Both the position numbers and the translations under genes were made by a program. Shown one piece after another: positions 56,009 to 64,000 of a stretch of DNA of 64,000 nucleotides. The stretch lies in assembly GCF_000150275.1 (NCBI RefSeq), contig NW_002060945.1, forward strand, positions 7,879,684-7,943,683. The letters are read 5' to 3'. The DNA comes from Trichoplax adhaerens (lineage: Eukaryota > Animalia > Placozoa). The notes under the pieces were generated by a model. The model was not told the DNA's origin. It saw only the letters and a program-made list of their open reading frames with translations, and made no database searches. Positions within the stretch are counted from its first letter, which is position 1, and each line of letters starts with the position of its first letter.

Positions 56009-59000
56009 TTAATGCCCGTTCAATTGTCTACGATATTTAGCTACTTCAAATCCTTCCCAATCGTTGCTCTTAAGATCTTGGAAATATCTACATAAGATAG
56101 TGTAACATTTCAATCATGCATATTCAACACCACATTTTGAATGTGTTAACATCTAAAATGTTTCATTTAAAGTTAACCCAGTGAATAATAAACATCAATG
56201 GTTACTCCAAAACGATATCATTGATAGATGGCCAATAAAATGTATTTTACAAGACGATTACTTTATATTTTGAAATGATTAAGGAGGAACTAAAAATGAC
56301 TTACTTATTTTTGATGTATTTCAACGCTCTAAGTTCAGCTTGGGTTAGCGGCTCATGCGCAGTAGTAAGATTACTTTTCAAAATATCGATACTTAAAGGA
56401 AGTAAATTTGAAAAATTTTACTACTATAATAAGGGATTGATCTCATTACATATTAACGTCATACGCTTATATTAACTGATATGTTAGAGAAACTGTCAAA
56501 GATTTCTAATAGAGAAAACTTTATAAGCAGCTGCACAATATAACTTACTTTGTCGAGCTAATAACTGTTGTTGCCAATCTCTTGCAGTCAATACAAGAGC
56601 GTACAGCTAATTTACATATATCAACGCCAATTTTCTGGAATATATTATAAAAGGATGATGTAAAATGACGCGATCAAAACAATTAGCACAAACTTGCAAA
56701 CTAGATATATAATGTTTAGTGCTCACATTGCAATAATTTACTGCTTTTCGACAAGCGTCTTTAATTTCAGTAGTAGCTGGATGCCATTCCGGAGGACCAC
56801 TCTGAGACAGTAAACCCATTCCAATTGGTGCAGCATTGATCACACCCAACCCACAAGACTACATACAATGGAGTTACGTTGAGGAAAATGAGGCTTATCA
56901 CTCATACTACGCATAAGCAAATTAAAAAGCACATGGAAAAACTGTACCTCAAAAAAGTCCATATAATTCTTTAGTGATGTATCGAATAAACAGTAGCGAC
57001 AATAGCTAAGAATGGTATCGATCTTTGCATTTTCAGCCACATTTCTATATTTCAAAAATTTAAAGGCTTAAATAAATCATTAAAATCTACGTAATTGATA
57101 GCTAGAGCAAAGTTATCTCGCTTAAATAAAGAGTCTTCCTTACATGCAATAAAAATTACCGCTAAGCAAAGATGCGATAGGTTTAGTGTAATACGAGCGT
57201 GCAGTAGTCTTTAACAATTGACTATTATAATTAAATTGTCTTACTTAAGAATGTTTAACGGGTAGCCGGTAATACCAATATATCTCACTTTGCCGCTATC
57301 TTTGATCTAATGAATAATTGGTACCATTATCAGGCTAAAATTTTCTAAAAAGCTTCGTTAAAGTATTTACCATTTTCAGCGCTGGCAAAGTTTCGTTTAT
57401 AATTTGATCCACAGAAGGAGCAAATTCCAGATCGTGTACCTATGTACACATTTATAGTGAATTTTAAGACTCCTTTGTTTAACTCAATCACAATTTATTT
57501 GTAATAACAGAGTAGGATAGATTTTTGAGGTTATTGTAAATATTATCTCTGAAAATGCCTTACAAATTATAAGCTAGCTGTAAATTACCGTTGTTCACTA
57601 TGTCGGCGGTCACTAATATACACGTACGAGTAAACTTAAGACCGACAATTCTGTTTCATTTAGAAAACTTTTATTGTTTTATGTTATAGAAACTGATAGT
57701 AACTGGAAGATAAGCTACCTGCAATATATCTAGGTAGTCAAGTTTCATTGTTCTTAGGCTGTTATCAACGCTGGCAAATATTTTTTTCGCAGAGAAATCA
57801 AACATCCTGTCAGTACTTGGTTCATAGCGTCCTACTTTAGTTGCAATATAATATGCATCTCGTGGGATATTTGGTAATACCTGCTCGTATAAAACATTTC
57901 TAATTCAGTAGGAGATGATGTAATGACCTTACAAACACATCAAACGAATATATTTAAATGATAAGATACCTACTTATACATAAATACATATTTGCAGTAT
58001 AGGATATGCAGAGTACAGTATAGTAATAACATAAATTATATACTATACTATTGGCGCATATACAAGTTCACAATTTAATTACACTTCAGGTATATCAAAA
58101 TTTAATAGTTGCACAATAACGTTTACCTTGCCTAAAAGACTTTCAGATCTACCATATCCATACCATGGTGCAGTATCAATAAAGTTGATCCCCTGCTTAA
58201 TGGCGTATTCAACTAACTCAATACCGTCGTTGTCACTAATGCGACTGTAAAAACTACTAAGAGCAGCACCACCTGTAATTGGTAAATTGGGCTTTAAGTA
58301 CTAAAAAGTTAAGTAGATCACCATCAGGCTGTGTACCGCAAGGGAAATATTGAACTTATTTCCACAGCAGTAGCGATTGCTATTATCCAATTCTGATATG
58401 ATGTATATTAAAATTCTACCAATGGATGTACGAAAGTCTCATAGAACAGTTACGATAGTTTCTACTACACACTTACTGCATTACGGTACATTAAGAACCA
58501 ATGTCAAGTAGACATTAATACTATATCTTTACAGCACGATATGAAGCATAAAATCCGGGCCTCTTATAAATACTTATTTCTATACGGTCGGAAAGTAGAG
58601 CCGCTAAGTATAAACACCAAACTTTTTCTACCTCTTGACAGCAGATTTATACCTTAAAACTATCATTCATAGTATTGAAACTGTTATCGGCTATAGTATC
58701 AAAGCTACCTATATATCTATCTCAGTACAGCATGCAATAATATTGGGTATCGCTACGTTGTCAACTAGTACTATATATCGGGACTGGTGAGTGGTAAAGT
58801 TGTAATTAATTTCTTTACATCAACTGATTAGAAAATTGCAATAATGCAACAACTACATGGATATCATCTGAATAGCTGAAACCTACAATCACACGCGTAT
58901 TACAGAAGTATATTTTTTGCCATATTAAGTGCAGCAGTTAGGAAGATTTTAAGATTTACTTGTAATATTATAACCAACATACCAAATCCTATTACGGATA

Positions 59001-59174
59001 CATCCATATCCGTGTTACCCAATCGCCTATATTCCATCTTTCTAACAGCTTCGATATCATGAAAGCCATCGATGTATGTTATCGGAAGAGACCTATCAAA
59101 GGTTAGGGTTATATAGATAATAGATTAATTAGCTAGCATACGAACGTATAATAATTGATCTCTTTCCTTTACAT
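56009..59174 (-). CDS. Aldo-keto reductase, L-galactose dehydrogenase/D-arabinose dehydrogenase-like, 343 aa, 11 exons
   Basis: Exons 59174-59173 (AT), 59092-58983, 58272-58127, 57880-57719, 57439-57371, 57306-57245, 57044-56948, 56858-56727, 56634-56549, 56391-56305, 56087-56009; all GT-AG and in phase (1032 nt). Motifs GFHDIEAVRKMEYRRLG, GINFIDTAPWYG, YIATKVGRY, DILQVHD (D/Y/K/H tetrad), YIGITGYPL, GMGLL..GPPEWHP, WEG. Confidence 0.93.
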
Positions 59175-60843
59175 GGTTAATAAGCAGGTATGGGCAGAAT
59201 CAAATTTTCGAATGCTGCAAGTCAGAATATCCTCTTAGCTGGTAATTCAATTGTTAATGTATCCCAGTCGCACTACGACAGTATCAGCTTTAGAAGCTTC
59301 GCTAGCTTTATTACTTAGTAGGATGTCCTGGTAAATTATTCTTCGAACAAATTTTTTAATGGTCGAAAATATGAATGGATAGTTTATCTATCATACTGTC
59401 TTGTACTAGCGTAAACAAATTTATAAAAAGTACTTTAGCTTAAAACCCTTGTTGGTACCAAGTTCGGATCAATGAACCCAGTTGCTATATATGTATATTA
59501 TGTTAATTGCCAATTCTTACGGAATGGATAACGATTAGAATACCGACAAGGCATAACTGATTTAAACTATCATCAAGTTATTATCTATGATGAGAGATTA
59601 CCGCGAACGTTATTATGCAAAATAGTTGACAATAGTGAGAAAACAATACATAAAAGCGACGTTTATTCATGTCTTCTACTGCACTGTTTATACTATACAT
59701 ATCATTACCATATTAAAAGGAAAACATTGATTTTTGCTGAATCACCTCGATTTTAAAAGTTTATACGCATAGTTTTAGGATATACGGTATCTAGCGTCGT
59801 CATGTGGATGATATTGAGGGGTAATTGTGATAATTCATTACAAGCTACATTGCAACAACGTACTGTACAATTTTATTTCGATCTTTTTATCGCGTTTCAT
59901 TGATAAATTTACGAAGTACGTAATACTTGTTTTATGGCACTGTTGCTTTAATGGTTAATCTTAACAAGAAGTGAACTCTCTCTTCTTCATTCACATAGAA
60001 AATATTCCAATGTTTAGGAATACGCTGTCTACTGCATGTTTTAATAACAGAACGTCCAAATACTACATTCCAACCGAAGGATAACACTCTTTAAAACGTA
60101 CAGGATTGACAACAGTACTGTAAACTGCATTTCATAAACTCCTTCAATCATTTAGTGTAAGTGCAGTAGCATTGCCATAGTAGGAAGCTTTCGAATGAAC
60201 TACAAAACAGTCTATCGGTCAACTTTTGCGTCATTGCTGTCACATACCTGCATGTTGCATGTACTGTATAGTTCAATGAGTGCACATATCCACGTCGATA
60301 TTGTAAAATTAATGGAAATGTAACAGTTACAGTACAGTATACGCACGTAATAAGCCCACGAAATGAACTAATCACAAAACATCAACATATCTTTACGTCT
60401 TTTAGTATGTCCTTTACTAAATTGTATGAAAATTTATGTGTATAGATTACAGTTGTTAGCGCAACGCTATTCTAGTTTTCTTTTTCTTTCAGTTTCATAA
60501 CCTTCGTTATTACTATGACCATCTAGTAGTAACAGTATCATATTAACAGTTGCGACAACTATCTGCGAAGGTTCGCCTTGAATTGTAGCACTGTGCTATC
60601 TGTGGCTTATAACCGAACATCTTTGCCTACCGGTTATGTCGGCAATAGTTCCCTGAAATCATTCGATATTATCGTATTGGAGATTTTCATGCATAGCAAC
60701 CGTCACTATGACTTACTACTGTATAGTGATGATACGAGTAGAAGCAAGGTCATGGAACTTGACTTACCCTTTTGTTAACATTCTTGTGGAAATATTTCAG
60801 CTCTATTCCGGTTCAACAATCCAATCAATGATTTAATGCGATA

Positions 60844-60870
60844 GTCACTGTGGTCACTGTGGTCACTGTG
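60844..60870. repeat. Perfect 9-bp tandem repeat (GTCACTGTG)x3
   Basis: gtcactgtg gtcactgtg gtcactgtg read directly. Confidence 0.9.
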
Positions 60871-61179
60871 ATGAAGAAGAGCACCGATGATGTGTAAGAT
60901 CGTTTAATTTTGGCTTGCAAGAAGAAACTGTTCCACTCTCAGTGGCGGTAAAATTAATTTTCGGGAAATTCACTGTCAATTACCAAATCGTTGACTGACA
61001 AACTGCCGAAGATGTCAATGACGACGGTTGTCACCCTTGCTGAATTGAAAGATTATTGTAGATCGAATGACATCGACTACGTATAAAGTTGCCGTCACTT
61101 GTACCTGGTAATCTATCAGCCAGTTTCAGTACCGTAACGTGGTGGTGGCGTACCATTCAGTACCGCCTACTTTCTTTTC

Positions 61180-62140
61180 CCTGTACTGTACTGTACACTG
61201 TACTACTACTGTACCTACAGTAGGATCGTGTGTAAAAAGTTTGAATATGCCAGCTACAAATTACACGTTCTCATACGTTCTTGGATGTGTGGCATGTCTA
61301 ATTAGGGTGGTCTAGAGGTCAAGATCTCTCTATCCAATTTCTGTACTGTACAGCAAACATACAGTACAGTACAGAAATTCGATAGAGATTGATAAAGACA
61401 TGGTTCGAGATCTGGACTTTTACAGTATGCAAGGATACTGTACACTGTACAGTACAATACAATCGCAGTATTACAGTACAGTATACTGTACAGTACAGTG
61501 TACAGTGTCTCTAACCTTGACGTGTCAAAAGTTCAGTTAACCTTTATCACGATAACAGATGAACTATTTCAATGAGAGATGAGAAAAAAATGACGGTCGA
61601 AACATTTTTTCGCGTGAATCGGGCAATCTGATTGGCTATCTCGTGACCTACCAGTCGGTAGCCGGTACCGGTAGCCCGTTTGACATTTGACATTTCGGAA
61701 TCAGACGATATACTGTACAGTACTGTAAAAAGAAAGTACAGTACTGTACAGTGATCAAGTTAAGTTCAGTATCAAATCTCATACAAAATCTTCAATATTT
61801 TGAAGAGCAATTTTTTTATTATACTGTAAAATGACGGTACTATATTTTATACGTAACTCATGCCTTAAAGCAACTTCCTCGTGTAACTTCTGGATTACAG
61901 TTAACTTTTGTCTTCACTTTTGTGAAGCTATTGTAGTGCAATGTACAGTGTACGCGACAGACCCTTCTCTAATTATCTAAGGGTTAAAAGAGGGTCTCTA
62001 CTCTCTAGTGTACAGTACACTAGAAACCCTCTATGAAGTACAGTACTGTACTGCACTGTGCAGTGTGCACTAGTGCACAGTAGAGACTCTCTCAATAATA
62101 AAGGGTCTCTAGTGCACAGCATGCTTATGAGCATGCGTAT
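61180..62140. repeat. Palindrome/inverted-repeat-rich island built from TACTG/CAGTA-like units
   Basis: Inverted repeats at 61327-61388 and 61434-61509. Palindromes at 62004-62024, 62037-62052, 62064-62079 and 62119-62136. Many ACTGTACAGT-type cores. Confidence 0.85.
61600..61700. promoter_or_regulatory. Candidate CCAAT-box promoter core in a locally GC-richer patch
   Basis: caatctgATTGGct (reverse CCAAT at 61631-61635), flanked by ttttcgcgtg, tcgtgacc and ccggtaccgg; CpG-richer than the surroundings. Function is inferred. Confidence 0.4.
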
Positions 62141-64000
62141 TTTCAGGTAGTCAAGGCTCATCCCTTATTCTCTTTTGATTTACCCTTTAAAGCAGCCACC
62201 AACCTTCTAAAGTAGCTGCGACCAATGTCTCTTCTCTTCTGTCATATGCTCCTTTATAATTGTCAGTGAGTTGTTGCCGTTCGCCTATTTCAAACAACGA
62301 CAAAGAACCGTGATTTACAAATGATGACTATTCGATTTAAGCCAGCAAACAGTCGAACTTTGATGATGATTGTTTGTTTTAAGTGGTAACAGATAGGGAG
62401 GGTTTTGACAGCAACAATTTGTTTGGTTATAATTTGTTTATTGATATAGACCGAAAATGCAATAAAGTTCATGGCAACTTCTGGCAATTCATGACTTGAT
62501 TTATGACCATGTCGTTAATAATAATAATTAATTATTATTTAGTATATCAAATCCATTTTTTCCCTCACTACACCACAGCATTACCTACATAGGCGTACGA
62601 GTAGTTAAGATCAATTAATGATTATATCATATTAGAATTTTTAAGAGATTGTGCAGCAAAACTGCTAGTTTTTAGACTTGGGTATAGTAGTACACGGGAC
62701 GAGTTGATGTATAGCTACAAATGAACTATTTACCGAAAGCCAGAGATAGGTTGTTCTACTGTAAACCGTGAACGTACCATCCTCAAATGCAAAGTATGAT
62801 CAAGAGTACTTACTGTAAATAAAGTTCTATCCTACTCATATGCTAGACTCTACTACAGTTAAAATTTCTCATATCATTCGCCAAGGCTCAAATTTTCCCT
62901 TCAAAGAAGTCAATATATGGATTCATTCACTGAGCGAGTACAACAGCTTGAGATCGCAATTAGATCCTTACTATGGTACATTAAATAATACAGATAAGAA
63001 TATTTATCAATGCACATTAGTCATCGTTTTCTCTTTCATACCGTAATTAAAGCAAGTTGCTTTCTGTATTGTCGTAGTAACAATTTACCGTATATACTGT
63101 ACTGCAGGATAATGGAATAGAATTGCAAGGATAGCAGCGAACTAATAACAGAGCCAAGAATCATTTATGCTTTGATTTCGACGTAATAAATCACCTATAG
63201 TGCCTAAAGATTTAGCTTGACTAAATACTAGCACAATCAATCTCAATTCTTAGCTAAGCGTTCATAGATTAAATGCGTGTAGAATTATAATTATCTATTC
63301 TACTTGATAGCATATTAAACAATTTCAATAAAAGAAATTCGTAGGGTAAATTCTTCATAAAGGCCACAAGAATCCCAGTTCATCGACAGATACAATCGCG
63401 TACATCGAGACCAGTATTAATTATATGATTATCAATCAGTCGAAAATAGCTACTAAATTAAACTACAATTTTAAAGGATTATAAAAAGAAAATGTACAAC
63501 TCGACTAAAATTGCGATACTGTACGAAAGGAGGACTGATCATACGCTAGTTACCAATAGTGTTCTGTAACCTCACTCCAACTAAATGCCAACTCCGGATT
63601 CACATGGCCAACGTAAAGGAAATTTTTTATTCAGACACAGGGGTCGTAATCATAACATCAAAAGTTATACTACAATCTAGTCACCCATTCAGCGATAGAA
63701 TGCAATCCGATATATTAAACTTTCAAGGTACCTAGTAAGAAAGCATCTTGTACCACGTATCATAAGGAATTAATTCATATTTTGTTATAAAATAAATACT
63801 ATTCAATTTAATCATTTGACTTTAGATGTGTATTTATATCAACGTAAATATCAAAATTTCATTCCATGAACTAAAGTAAGAAATAAAGATTCTATCACAC
63901 TTGTAGTGTAATCCACGCGTATTCTCGTTGCCATGATATACGTCAGCTTGAGAATCAATCGTTCAATGTACAGTATATCTCCATGATCACAATTTAGATA

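Noticed and set aside
59101-59112. GGTTAGGGTTA, telomere- or telomerase-template-like
   Set aside because: Fewer than two units, and it coincides with the CTAAC branch point of AKR intron 1.
60868-61000. C/D box snoRNA (TGATGA...CTGA)
   Set aside because: No terminal stem or recognisable rRNA antisense guide, and not inside a supported plus-strand intron.

Overview
Very AT-rich (roughly 70% by eye) eukaryotic genomic DNA with short GT-AG introns. The gene content is animal-like (intronless rhodopsin-type GPCRs, acylated globins, a class F-like receptor) and fits an early-branching metazoan, most plausibly a placozoan (Trichoplax-like); that assignment is an inference. I assembled eight protein-coding genes by hand from splice sites and reading frame: (1) an intronless class A GPCR (112-1104, -); (2) a 7-exon Smoothened/Frizzled-like 7TM receptor that appears to lack the extracellular CRD (7009-13460, +); (3) a 4-exon C7orf78-like protein (15396-16787, -), head-to-head with (4) INPP1 (18704-21224, +), with a degenerate ~380-bp tandem triplication between them; (5, 6) two tandem 3-exon globins with N-terminal Met-Gly acylation-type extensions (31609-32797 and 39180-43131, +); (7) a second intronless peptide-receptor-like GPCR (51250-52185, -); (8) an 11-exon aldo-keto reductase of the L-galactose-dehydrogenase-like type whose ATG is split by an intron (56009-59174, -). 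A ~1 kb island dense in palindromes and hairpins lies at ~61180-62140. The best candidates for novelty are the CRD-less Smoothened-like receptor, the divergent pair of putatively membrane-anchored globins, and the palindrome island. No rRNA, tRNA, CRISPR or transposase was recognised. All family assignments come from remembered motifs, not database searches.
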